NCBI RefSeq assembly: GCF_006345805.1
Contig: NW_021834739.1
Span: 1-26,844, forward strand
Reading direction: 5' to 3'
DNA: 26,844 bases
Origin: Octopus sinensis
Lineage: Eukaryota
The notes beneath the pieces are model-generated. The model searched no databases. It saw nothing but the letters and a program-made list of their open reading frames with translations, and was not told where the DNA came from. This document shows, in pieces, positions 1 to 12,204 of the stretch (position 1 is its first letter; each line of letters starts with the position of its first letter). The translations under genes were made by a program, and so were the position numbers.

Positions 1-2035
1 TTCTCCGAGCACCCAACCTCACCACCCGAAACTAACCCGAACCCCACCCCGCCCTCCCTCACATGCTAATAGCCCAACATTAACATAATTAATGCAACTA
101 CCACCACCGCTACTACCACCACCATCACCACCATCACTACCACCACCAGCAGCGCCACCACCATTATAAGCGTGACCCACCACCAAAACAACCACCACCA
201 CCACCACCACCACTACCACCACAATTACCAACAGCAATAACAGTAACACTACCATTATACGTGAGCCACCACCAAAACAACCACTATCACCACCACCACT
301 ACCATCACCACCATCACCACCATTACCAACAACAACAGCGCCACCACCATTATAAGCGTCGCCACCGCCGTCACGCTTCCCCCACCACCATCGCCACCAT
401 TAACATCATCAAAATACCATTAACACCACTGCTTCTATTTTCAGCACCTCTTGTCTCCTTCCGGGTCTGGCCGAAACCTAACCACGTGACTCCCCGCCGC
501 CACCCCACATACCCTTTCTTCACCCCACAAACCTCACCCCAGCGCCGCCATTTGTCCGACTTAGAAGCGTCTTCTATCAGAAACTAACCCTGAATCTCGC
601 TATCCCTATATCAGTCACCTTTACTAGCGCCTCACTGCAGCTCACCTTCCACCACTAATATACTACAACCACCACATCGACATAATACCTGCAACAATTA
701 CTACCACAATAACTACAACGAATGCCGTCACCATAACACCATCACCACTACCACCACGAGCGCCGTCAATATCAATAGGTAGCACAACTACCACTAATAC
801 TACCACCACCACTACCACAACAACCACCAGAACCAACATCTCCGTCATCCCCTCCACCACCACCACCACCGTACAACTACCACCAACGCCGCCACTACAT
901 CTACCACAACTACCACCAACACTATCACTACCACCAATACCACCATCAGTACTACTACCTACACATAACAGTAGCACAACTACCACCACCACTACCACCA
1001 CCACAACAACTATCACCGACACCATCACTAACACTAATATCACCACCACCGCCAGTACTATCACTTGCCCCACCACACCCAATGCCAACACTAGTACCAC
1101 AACACCTTCCGCCAACACCACAACTACTACCGCCTATGCCACAGCGGCAACCCAAAAGCTACCACCAGTATCATAACACATACCACCTTCCCAGTAAACA
1201 CCATCAACTCAACTACCACCAGTACCACAATTATGACGAACACTACAACTACCACCAATACTACAACATCTACGACAAATACTACAACTACCACCAAGAC
1301 CACAACAACGACCAACAGGATACAACTAGCGCCAACACCACAACAACCACGACAAACATCACACCAACTACTACCAATTCCACAGCAAAAATACCAGTGA
1401 GACCACAAAGACAATAGCCAAAACCACAACTACCACCTCCACCATCCCTACCACCACCTATACCACAGCTACCAACTACACCATCCCTACAACCACCAAT
1501 ACCACAACTACCACCTACACTATCTCTACAACCACCAATACCCCAACTACCACCTACGCCATCCCTACCACCACCTATACCACAACAACCACTCTACTAA
1601 TGACGTCTACACTACTACCAACACAACAACCTAAACCAGCACCACCAGCACCACCAGTCCTAACACCTTCAGCACCGATACCATTAACCATGGCCATGAT
1701 CCTTACCGTCCTCACCACTATCGTGCTATGGCCGTTGCAATTATCCTCACCCTACGCCACTTCCGTTCCCGCCACCTCTATTAAAACGTATCGGCACCAC
1801 CAATCACCCCCTCACCTCCTTCCCCTTCACAAATGTTACCTCCACCACCACCACCACCGCCGCCGCCACCACCAACAACTGCAGCAGTAACAACATCAAT
1901 ACCACCAACGCCGCCGCCGCATCTACCACCACCACCACCACCACCACCACCATCTGCTTAAACCTAAATGTCATATGCCTAGTTAACATATTAAACCTCC
2001 GATCATCCGTTCCTACCCTGACCTCCACTACATCC
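1..2035. repeat. Degenerate (ACC/ACT/ACA)n low-complexity tract
   Basis: C/A-rich trinucleotide sequence throughout; the Thr-rich reading register shifts between frames; only short ORFs in the track. Confidence 0.9.
1423..1593 (+). repeat. 39-bp minisatellite, ~4.4 copies
   Basis: Units start at 1423, 1462, 1501, 1540 and 1579 (partial); consensus ACCACAACTACCACCTACACCATCCCTACMACCACCWAT. Confidence 0.9.
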
Positions 2036-2289
2036 AATTCAAATTTTGGTCGTTCTTTTTATTTTTATTCTTTTTTCTTTCATTAATATTATTTTATTGT
2101 GTTTTATTATTATTTTTATTATTGTATTTTCTGTTTTTTGTATAAATTTTATTGTAGTTTCATAAATTTAGTTTCCGAAACTGTTGTTGTTGTTCTTTAA
2201 TATTCTCGTTTGTCGTCTTGTTGTTGTTGTTATTTTAAGTGTTTGTTGTTATTGTTGTGGTTGTTAGGTGTCTTCTTTTTTGGTCTACT

Positions 2290-3330
2290 AATTTCACCAA
2301 AACCACCACGACGACCAACACCCTCTACCAGCGCCACCACGTCTCAACGACGACGGCGACGATCATCACCACCACGACACCACTGCCACCACTGCCACCA
2401 CTAACACCAACACCACCACCACCACCACCGCTACCACCACCACCACCACCACCACCACCACTAACACCACCACCACAATCACCACCAACACCACCACCAC
2501 CACCACCACTAACACCACCACCACAATCACCACCACCACCACCACAAACTCCACCACCATCACCACCACAATCACCACTACCACCACCACCGCCACCACC
2601 ACTACCACCACTGCCACTAATATTACAGTCACTATTTATATAACCACCAGCATCACCTCCATGACCTCTACGACGACGACGACGACCATCACCACCGTCA
2701 ATACCCAGCAACAGCACAATCACCTCCATACTGCGACCACTACAGCTACCACCACCACCACTAATACTAGTACTACTACCTTTACCGCTTCAACAACGAC
2801 CAATCACCACTAGCACTATTACCTCTACCATCACTACTACAACAAAACCACCACCACCACCACTACCACCACTACTACTACGGCCACCAACTCCTCCATA
2901 ATCACGACCAGGATTAGTATCAATAACTATCACCACCATCACCACCATCACCACCATCACCACCATCACCACCATCACCATCACCACTATCGCCAACACC
3001 AGCATCGCCTCAACGAATACCACCGCCTCCGACAACACGGCCACGATTAGCATCTATACCATCGCCACCATCACAACCACCGCCATCACCACTACCACCG
3101 CCATCATCGTCACTACCAGCATCAGCAACAACAACAACAGCAGCACCACCACCACCACTACCCCGATGACCACCATCATCACCATCGCCAAAACGCATAC
3201 CACCGTCCTCACCACCACCACTACTACTATTAGTATAAACAACGTCACCACCACCACCACCACCACCACCACCACCACCACCACCATCACTACCACCATC
3301 AGGATAACAATCACCCCCACCCCCTTTCCC
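2290..3330. repeat. Degenerate (ACC)n tract with (ACCATCACC)n sub-array near 2930-2985
   Basis: Directly visible trinucleotide and 9-mer repeats. Confidence 0.9.
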
Positions 3331-4777
3331 ACTCCATTTTGGTGACTGTTTTTTTTGTTTTTTTTCATTTTTTTAATGTTTTCCCGCCACTTATTATAAT
3401 TCTCTTTTCCGCCATTTTGTTACAGATTTATATTTTCTTCTTCTTTTGTTTTACCAAAATTTGTTGTTTTTTTTTTCATTTCTATTTCATAAAACTTTTT
3501 TGTTTATTAATCTTTTTTTATTACCATATTTGTTGAGGGGAGGGGGAGGGGAGGGGGTGCCCTTTTTATAAAATATTCAGTTCTATTTTAAATATTTACA
3601 GTTTTTTCTTTTCTCTCGAACCTTCATTTTCGATTTATCTCTGCTGTTTAGTCTTGTTAATACTTCTGTCTTTTTTTTTTATATTTTACTTTTTCTTGTT
3701 GGTTTTCTTTTTTATTGTTGTTATAAAAAGTGTCGTCTGTTATTCTTGTTACCGTTCATGTTGTTGTCGTTGTTCAAAATCTCGTTCCTTCCTTCCTTAC
3801 TTTCGTTCTTTATCTTTTTCAGTCTTTTAGTTTTCCTGTCTTTCTTTGTTCTCCCTCTCTTTCTCTCTCTCTCTCTCCCTCACACGCACACACATTTTCT
3901 TTCCCTCCTTCTCTTTGTCTCTCTCTTTATAGTTAACACTTTAAATTCTTTTTTAAAGTATTTTTCGTGGTTGGGCATGGGGATGGAACGGTGGGTACCT
4001 TTGTTTTAATAGTTACATTTTGGTTTTCTCTTTTTCTTTTTTTCCCCAGTAATTTTATGCAAACGCCTGTATGAATTAGTACACGGTACGTGCATGTGTG
4101 TGTGTGTGTGTATGTGAGCGTGTGTATGGATGACACCGTGTGAAGGAGTATGGCGTGTATGTGTGTGTAAGAGAGAGATATATACAGAGAGGAAGCTTGA
4201 ATGATGTGTGTATGTGTATGTGTGCATGCGCATGTATGTGTGTATCTGTAAGTATGAGTGCGCTTTTGTGGTACGTGGGTGGGAGTAGGACTGGGCGGTG
4301 GTGGCCTGTTTGAGCTATTAACTATTAACAATATCTGGTGGTTGTAAATTGATCGTGTTCACCCAGTAAACCACCTCATCATATAGTCATACCCTTAACG
4401 CACCCGCGCCCCTCTTCGACCGTCGCCGTTGTCGCTGCTGCTGTTGCCTTAACCACTACTGTCGGGGCCGTCATACTCACCACCACCCGACGACATTCAC
4501 CCCCACCCCCTACCAACCGCTTGCATCCCGCGGCCCTACCCCACCTACTCGACACACTTCTCATTGTCCATCACTCGCCTGCTCATCGTTTGCTGTCCAT
4601 CGCTTGACGACCATCCCGCTCCTATTTCGCTACCCGCTCACCACCCGCTCGTTTGTCCAACGCTTGAAGTCCACCGTCCGCTCATAACTAGCTGCCCGCC
4701 ACCCGTTCATCACTCGCACATACACCCACCCCCTTTCCGATCACACACCTTTCTATCTTTCACTCTCTCTTTCCGCA

Positions 4778-4824
<47 letters not shown>

Positions 4825-4979
4825 GTCTATCTCTCCACTGCTGGTATCTCACTAAATCTGCCGCCATCGACACGCCGCTCCGCTCAAACTAAGACAACCG
4901 CTTGAACCAAACTGGGTGAACGTTCAAACTGACCAATTAACTACCCAATTAAGAATCGAAGCCAATGAATAAATAAATA

Positions 4980-5137
4980 GGTGCAGGTGTGGTTAGGTGA
5001 TAAGAAGCTTGCTTCTCAACACGGTTCTGGGTTCAGTCCCATTGCATGACACCTCGGGCAAGTGTCTTCTACTATATTCTCGGACCGACTAAAATCTTTC
5101 TGAATGGATTTGATAGAAGGAAACTGAAAGAAGCCCC
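4980..5137 (+). mobile_element. tRNA-derived SINE family A, 5' half (CORE-like domain)
   Basis: B-box-like GGTTCAGTCCC followed by ACCTCGGGCAAGTGTCTTCT and GGAAACTGAAAGAAGCCC; homologous to 11171-11306, 14581-14686 and 25534-25695. Confidence 0.85.
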
Positions 5138-5769
5138 TTATATATATTGCGCACATACACGCGAGTACTGTTGAAATCTCCGACCAATCACATTCAATGA
5201 GCTGGCATTCAATTGGCGTATCAAGTTTCGGGCATTTTGATTGGGTTTGGATAAAAATTCACAAAAAAGTCACTTCTATTGATTTTTTAATGGCTTTGCG
5301 GGTGACTGGGGAAATATAAAGATGTGCACGACCACCCTTGGACGGTTTTGAATGACCATAGAAAGTGCGAGCTCTCTAACTGAAAAAATATGGATTTGTA
5401 TAAAGGACACACACACACAGACAGACATTTTGCCGTTTATATATAGAGAGATATAGTATTTTATTCTTTCATACGTTTCAGCCCTAAGGTCGTGGCCATG
5501 CTGGGGCACCGCTAGTGAAATACACACACACATACACACACACATAAAATAACAAAGGCGGTTATACGCGATATAAGACCAAAAAGGAAACATTCAATTG
5601 TCGTGACTGAGAGTGCAGGGTAGAACCTGCATTGCTAGAAATGAGAGCTAAAAATCCCTTAGAGTCACATATATCTACATACATACATACACACACATAG
5701 ACACACACACACACACACACACACTCACACATACACGCACACAAGTTTGTGTATATGTGTGTGTGTGAG

Positions 5770-5990
5770 TGTCTGTGTTTGTCTCTCACTGACCCCACCC
5801 CGCTTGACAGCAGGAGTTCATGTGTTTACATTCCCGTTACTGAGCGCTTCGGCAAAAAGAGAACCGATACAATAAGTACTAAGCTTTAAAAAAAGGGTCC
5901 TGGAGTCGACTTTTTCGACGAAAACCCTTCAAGGCTGCGGCTCCAGCATAGCCGCGGTCAAATGGCTGAAACAAATAAAAGAATAAAAAG
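5770..5990 (+). mobile_element. SINE family A, 3' half
   Basis: CGCTTGACAG...TTCGGCAAAAAGAGAACCGATAC...CTCCAGCATAGCCGCGGTCAAATGGCTGAAACAA; homologous to 12205-12390 (+) and 14109-14300 (-). Confidence 0.8.
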
Positions 5991-5993
5991 ATA

Positions 5994-6365
5994 ATTCTTC
6001 GCTACTCTAGGCACAAGGGGAGGGGCCAGTCGATTAGATCGACCCCACTGCGTAACTGGTACTTAATAAAAGATGAAAGGCAAAGTCGACCCCGGCGGAA
6101 TTTGAACTCCTTAATGTAAAGACAGACGAAATACCTATTTCTTTACTACCCACAAGGGGCTACACACACAGGGGACAAACAAGGACAGACAAACGGACTA
6201 AGTGATTATATCGACCCCAGTGCGTGACTGGTACTTATTTAATCGACTCCGAAAGGATGAAAAGCAAAGTCGACCTCGGCTGAATTTGAACTCAGAACGT
6301 AGCGGCAGACGAAATATCGCTAAGCATTTCGCCCGGCGTGCTAACGTTTCTGCCAGCTCTCCGCC
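5994..6365 (-). mobile_element. Dimeric tRNA-derived SINE family B (Meta-domain-like core)
   Basis: Minus-strand head GGCGGAGAGCTGGCAGAAACG, B-box-like GAGTTCAAATTC, core TTCATCCTTTCGG.GTCGA; two monomers joined near 6134; TSD ATAAAA(A)GATAATT at 5983-5996 and 6371-6383. Confidence 0.9.
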
Positions 6366-6976
6366 TTGAGATAAAAGATAATTAACTAACCAATTAAGCA
6401 TCTAAACCAATAAATAAACAAATAAATAAATGGAGCAGGCGGGGTCAGATGACCAGAGTGGCGATAGTGCTATTGGTCAGGTCAAACCGCAAAGATAGTC
6501 GTTCATGTTGCGTCATCAACGCTGTTTTATCTCCGTACTCAATGCAGTTCACACTTCACGCTTCGTGTCCCACACGTTATACACTTCGTTGAACAACGTT
6601 CGACTCAATTTTACTCTGACTTCTAATTTAGAATAAGCTGCTACTATTGTTGTTGCTGCTGTTGTTGTTGTTCTTTTTCTTCCAATCAGGACTCACGCCT
6701 TTAGCCACAAAGAATAATCTCTAATTCGAGCCTTCTCTAAGCTACTAAGAATGCGTGTGGCAACTTGAAAATTCACCCACCACACGCGATAGACTGGCGG
6801 TTGCACGGGCGCGAAAGCTACGTTGTTATCCTCATTCTGTACACGGTGGCTTTTAACCGGTGGAGAGCGGAACCATCCTGGGGTACAGAGGATTCGCAAT
6901 CTAGACTAGGGTCTAAAAGTTTGCCACACCATAGTGGGTTACACCATGGTTCCTCTGCTGCTTTGTGGCGGGAGTA

Positions 6977-7162
6977 GGAAGAAAGAGTGAGAGAAAGTTG
7001 CGGTGAAAGAGTACAGCGGGGTACACCACCACTTCACGCCGGAGCCTTGTGGAGCTTAGGTGTTTTTGCTCAATAAACACCCACAATGCCTTATCTGGGA
7101 ATCGAAACCGCGTTCTTACGACTGCAAGTCCGTTGCCTTAATCACTGGGCCATTGTGCCTCC
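6977..7162 (-). mobile_element. tRNA-derived SINE family C, 3'-truncated copy
   Basis: Reverse complement matches the first ~185 nt of 7357-7735. Confidence 0.85.
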
Positions 7163-7224
7163 TGCTGCTGTTGTTTCATTCCAAGCCGGTCTTCATAAAG
7201 GAAGAACTATGTTCCAAGGTGTTA

Positions 7225-7342
7225 CCTTACAGCGCCTAGATTTCTCTGAGTGGTCACCCGTCTGTGTAGTAACTAGGCTCAGCGTTGCTTAACTTAGGTA
7301 GTCGGACAAGAACCAGTGCTTTCAACTAGATATAGCAACATA
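7225..7342 (-). pseudogene. 5S rRNA pseudogene (degenerate, near full length)
   Basis: Minus strand reads GTTGAAAGCACTGGTTCTTGTCCGACTACCTAAGTTAAGCAACGCTGAGCCTAGTTACTACACAGACGGGTGACCAC...GGCGCTGTAAGG, colinear with metazoan 5S rRNA (box A AGTTAAGC, box C-like GACGGGTGACC) but with many substitutions. Confidence 0.88.
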
Positions 7343-7356
7343 GTATTTGAAACTGT

Positions 7357-7735
7357 GGAGGCGCAATGGCTCAGTGGTTAGGGCAACAGACTCGCAAATG
7401 TGGGAGCGCAGTTTCGATTCCCGGACCGGGTGTTGTGAGTGTTTATTGAGTGAAAACACCTAAAGTTCCATGAGGCTCCGGCAGGGGTTGGTGGCGAACC
7501 CTGCTGTACTCTTTCACCACAACTTTCTCTCACTTTTTCTTCCTCTTTCTCTTATACCTGTATTTCAAAGGGGTCAGCCTTGTCACATTCCGTGTTTCGC
7601 TGAATCTTCCCTAAAACTACGTTAAGGGCACACGTGTCTGTGGAGTGCTCAGCCACTTGCACTTTAATTTCACGAGTAGGCTGTTCCGTTGATCGGATCA
7701 ACTGGAACCCTCGTCGTCGTAACCGACGGAATGCC
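7357..7735 (+). mobile_element. tRNA-derived SINE family C, apparently full length
   Basis: A-box TGGCTCAGTGG, B-box GTTTCGATTCC; 10-bp TSD ATTTGAAACT at 7345-7354 and 7739-7748. Confidence 0.9.
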
Positions 7736-7771
7736 ACGATTTGAAACTAAAAAAAAAAAAAAATAATAAAT

Positions 7772-8039
7772 AAATAAGCGTACTTTAGGTTAGCCAAAAT
7801 ATGTTTGTGGCATATTTTAACTTTTAAAAGTAAATTCACTGCAGTTTCCGTGGAGAAAAAAAATTTCTCTCATGGTTAAAGATACAAAAACAGCATATAT
7901 ACTCAGTGCTTCCGTTTAGAGGATTCTCAGATGCGTGTTTCTGGTTCTTTAGCCAACCTCAGTGGGACATACCGAAGAGAGACAATCTTCCCAAGGAAGA
8001 TTCGAACCCGTAACTTTAACTAACGAATAATAATAACAA

Positions 8040-8131
<92 letters not shown>

Positions 8132-8374
8132 CAACAACAACAGTGAACATCAGTGACTGAGTTGAGCTAGTGGACCAACTGGACGAAATAAGAATCGCAG
8201 CCTCAGTGCCAAGCAGTGATAACGAATGAACGAACTTTTGGTTAGTTAAAAAAATATTCGTGACGTATTTTACGATAAGAGAGATTTTTTCTTCTCGGTA
8301 ATTGCAGTGAATTTGCCTTTAGAAGTTAAAATATGCCACAGACACATTTTAAGTACCCTAAAGTTCGTTTATTT
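7772..8374. repeat. ~110-bp inverted-repeat pair enclosing a microsatellite and a hammerhead-like motif
   Basis: 7772-7885 is an imperfect reverse complement of 8265-8374 (shared TGTGGCATATTTTAACTT...AAATTCACTGCA). Confidence 0.8.
8026..8141. repeat. Compound (TAG)n-(AAT)n-(AAC)n microsatellite
   Basis: Directly visible. Confidence 0.97.
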
Positions 8375-8759
8375 CTAATCAGTGCTTGGCGCTGACGCTA
8401 CAAAAAAACCCCAAAAAACAAAAACAAAACAAGAAAAAACCCACAAAAATCCACAAAAAACAAAATAACTCTTGGTTCGATCGGAAAATGGGCTGCCATG
8501 ATGAAAGGCGCTCCAGTTGTGACATTCCAGTCTTTTGTGTATCATAGTCTGCATTCATTAATGCATTCATTTTAATGGTATTTGTTTAGTCTCATTTCAT
8601 CCATGATCGAATAGACATATGGTAAGAGACATTCCGATCATGGCCATCCAGAACTCAGAATATAAAGGGCCGGAAAAAATACCTCGAGCAAGTTTGTTCA
8701 TCACTAAACCCCTACCCCACGGTGACTAATTGCTTCTTTTATAGGCACAAAGCCTGAAA

Positions 8760-8980
8760 GCGACGAGCTGGTGGGTAGAATCGTTACCGCGCCGGAAAAA
8801 ATGCTTAACGGCATTTCTTCCGGCTTTCCCTTCTGAGCTAAAAATCTCACTGTGGGTGACTTCGTCTCTTTTATCCTTTCGGGGTCGATAAAATAAGTAC
8901 CAGTTGAGTACCGGGATCGAATGTAGTCGTCTAACCCCGCCTCCCATCAAATTGCTGGCCTCGTGTCAAAATAAGAAAGA
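8760..8980 (+). mobile_element. SINE family B monomer
   Basis: GCGACGAGCTGG head and TATCCTTTCGGGGTCGATAAAATAAGTACCAG core. Confidence 0.85.
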
Positions 8981-8982
8981 AT

Positions 8983-9545
8983 ATAGGTACAAGGCCGGAA
9001 ATTTCGGGAAGGTGGGTTAATCGATTAAATCGATCTTCTTTTTAACTGATATTTCAATATCCTGGAGGTATAAAACGTAATGTCTTACCTCTGAAGGATT
9101 TGAACTCACGACCACAAGCGAACGTTATCAGTCCCTCTGATTTAGGTACATGACCATCACTTTTGAGGATAAAAGCTTAGTCGATAGCATCGAGTCTAAT
9201 ACTTAACTGGTACCTTATTTTATCGATCTCGAAAGGATGATGACTAAAACTAACGTTGGTGGGATTTGAAACCAGAACGTAAAGAGCCGGAACGAATGCC
9301 TCAAGGAATTTTTTCCCGACGCTTTATCGATTCTAAGCAGCTCACCATCTTTGAGTTTTGATTTAAGCAAAAGCAAAGAAATTTTTCAATGGAGGTTGCC
9401 AGTTAATACTGGTCCTTCACTGGTACATAATTTATCGACTCAGAAGTGGTTAAAGTAGAAATGGATTTCGGCGAGGAATTGAACTCAGATCGTAAAAAAT
9501 CACCAAAATGCACTTTGTCCATCGATTCGACCAATCCGTTACCTT
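8983..9545 (-). mobile_element. Three old tandem SINE family B copies (~8983-9115, ~9140-9350, ~9360-9545)
   Basis: Recurrent GGATTTGAACTC / CTGGTAC..ATTTTATCGA motifs, heavily diverged. Confidence 0.7.
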
Positions 9546-11170
9546 CGTCGTTTGTAATTGGTAAATACATAAATAGACACTATTTTCTTTTCCTTTTTTT
9601 TTTTGATAACTTAGTGAAAAGAAAAAGCCACTGCTTTGGCCCTTTTTAGGGTTTCATGGACTATTTAGATCATTGCTTGGTTCACTTTATTGAATATGTT
9701 CCTCATTTTTAAAGACTGTAGGTCGTAATTTCAAGGAAATTTGTTCTATTTTCTACATTGGTAGCCTCATTCCGTTGACGCTTGATGTGGTGTTTATTTT
9801 ACAGCCAAGCAGACTGGGCCTTGCGTTAGTTGAGTGCCTTGCATTACAAGTGACAATATTCAGACCTCTGGCTTGGTATGTATTTTATCGATCGTTGAGT
9901 GATGGTGAGCTAAGTTAAATGAATAGTTCTCTTGTAAGGCATTTAAATCAGCGCTTGTCAATCACGCTCCCAGAGCTGCATACGACCCTCAGGCGTTCTT
10001 TTGGTTGCCCCGATGGCGTTCCCTCTATAAATATAATCTATTTTTCTTTAATTGGCTTGCGTTTTACTCTTTTGGGTGCGGCTCCCTAAAAAAGAAAAAA
10101 AAACAAGGCCTTGGATTTGGTTTGGATTTTAAAATGGTTGAGATACACTGAATTTTGAGATGGATGGGACAACGAGGAAAACAACACACATACACACATC
10201 ACAAATGCACAAATAAACACACAGACAGACAGACAGACAAGCACACAAATAGAGAGATGCACAGTCAGATACACGCACAAACACGCATGCATGCGCACAC
10301 ATACGTGTGCAGATGAACAGATATAGAATCTGAAGGAGAGAAAGAGAGAAAGAAAATTAGAAAACCAGATAAAAGAGAGAGAGAGAGAGTGAGAGAGAGA
10401 CAGAGAGGGGAGAGAGGAGAAAGGGATATATTTATATTTATTTTTATATATTGAATTTTTTGTTTTCTTCTTTTACAACATGATTGGACGCGAAATAATT
10501 TCCAGTGAAATAACAGGCCAATCACTTGATATCTCTTTAATCAGTAAAATACCATTAAAACAGTGACGTTGATGGCTCTTTAATTAGGGACATTTCTGTG
10601 CGGGCACCAGCAAATGTTCACTCAATGGGTTCAAGTTCTACTTTCGCTTTTATTTAATTATTTTCTTCATAGCATTTGATTATGTATATGTATGTATGTG
10701 TGTGTGTGTGTGTGGTGTGTGTGTGTGTGTGTGTGTTATTTAGTGCTGTACTACGGTCATTAAAAGCTACCTCACTCCACTACTACCATCAGTAAAAAAA
10801 AAAAATGAAAATGTCTGACCACCAAAAAACTAGGTGCCTCTGTTATTACCAGGTTTGTTTGCTTGATTTATTGCTTGTTCAAAAGAGTTCGTTCAGGTAT
10901 TTCAGAAACTACAAAAGCTCACAAGTTCAATTTTTCTTTTAAAAAATCATTAATTAATAAATAAAACAACATAAAATAAAATGCTCTTCATTTTTTTGTT
11001 TGTTTTTGTTTTCATTTTTCGAAATTTTTGTTTTTCGCTTTTAGCAAATTATTTAGAAATTAAGTATGCAGCCAAGCTATTTTTCAACATATCATGGAAC
11101 GGCGGGTTACACGGAATACGAAATTAAATACTTGGTTTACTATCGAAACACAAATCTTATTTTTTTCATT

Positions 11171-11305
11171 ATGGTTGTGTGGTATGAAGCTTGCTTACCA
11201 ACCACATGATTTCGGGTTCAGTCCTACTGTGTGGCACCTTGGGCAAGTGCCTTCTACTATAGCCTTGTGAGTGGATTGGTAGACAGAAACTGAGAGAAGC
11301 ACGTC

Positions 11306-11306
<1 letters not shown>
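11171..11306 (+). mobile_element. SINE family A, 5' half
   Basis: GGTTCAGTCCTACTGTGTGGCACCTTGGGCAAGTG...GAAACTGAGAGAAGC, with a small internal deletion relative to 25534-25695. Confidence 0.88.
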
Positions 11307-11518
<212 letters not shown>

Positions 11519-11699
11519 TTTTAATCTTCGGATTTAAAAAAAAAATATGCTAGGCCACTGGTTTTAATTGACTAATATCAATTTCTACCCTTATTTAATT
11601 TTATATATATATATATATATCTGTGTGTGTATATATATATATATATATACATACATAAACACGATGGAAACTCAAAGAAGCCTGTCGTATATACATACA

Positions 11700-11895
11700 C
11701 ATAAAGTTGGAATTTACAAAAAAAAAATCATAAGACGAAAACAGGTATATAAACAACAAACAGTGTATTAGTTTAACGCTCGGAAATGTGAGAAAGTATT
11801 TTATATTTTGAGCCTACGCTCTTCAACAGAAAGGAAAGCGAGAAAACAGACAGAGAATAAAAAAGGTTTAGTGGCTAGCGGTCGATCATGGCGGC
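11700..11895 (-). mobile_element. Short interspersed repeat with degenerate hammerhead-like core (Penelope-like terminal-repeat remnant)
   Basis: Minus strand 11829-11806 reads CTGTTGA-A-GAGC-GTAG-GCTC-AAAA; similar in layout to 14395-14570. Confidence 0.5.
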
Positions 11896-11909
11896 TACAC
11901 ACATATAAA

Positions 11910-12150
11910 CGCAATAGGAGGCTGAAAAGTTTCTGGTTTTGGGTAAAAGAAAATACAGAAGGATTCGTTATTAGTTCTGTTGTGTCTGGGGAGAGTTATT
12001 TTCGATTTTATTCAACATAGTCCCTTCTCAGATTCACACACATTTTGCAGTGGTCCTTCAACTTTTCAAAGACCTGTAAAAGAACTCGTAAAGTCGTGCC
12101 TACAAGAAGGTGTTATCCTTAAAGCCAGGAACTTTTCACCACCCCTCGTA
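11910..12150 (-). mobile_element. Mariner-derived MITE / internally deleted element
   Basis: TIRs GCTGAAAAGTTTCTGGTTTT (11921-11940) and AAAGCCAGGAACTTTTCACCACCCCTCGTA (12121-12150); the minus strand retains a mariner-like C-terminus EKLKDHCKMCVNLRRDYVE*. Confidence 0.8.
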
Positions 12151-12204
12151 TGTGTGTGTGCATGTATGTATGTGTGTATGTCTTTGTGTGTGTGTGAGAA
12201 TGCT

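Noticed and set aside
19-3368. Val/Gly/Pro/His-rich ORFs
   Set aside because: Translations of (ACC)n on both strands; short, overlapping and without domains.
6198-6401. Recurrent peptides such as LRSEFKF / YRPRKDERQ in several ORFs
   Set aside because: They are translations of SINE-B copies, not a protein family.
7225-7342. Functional 5S rRNA gene
   Set aside because: Many substitutions, poor terminal helix, no T-run terminator and not in a tandem array.
10820-11120. Possible DNA-transposon remnant
   Set aside because: No TIR pair or coding motif could be confirmed by eye.
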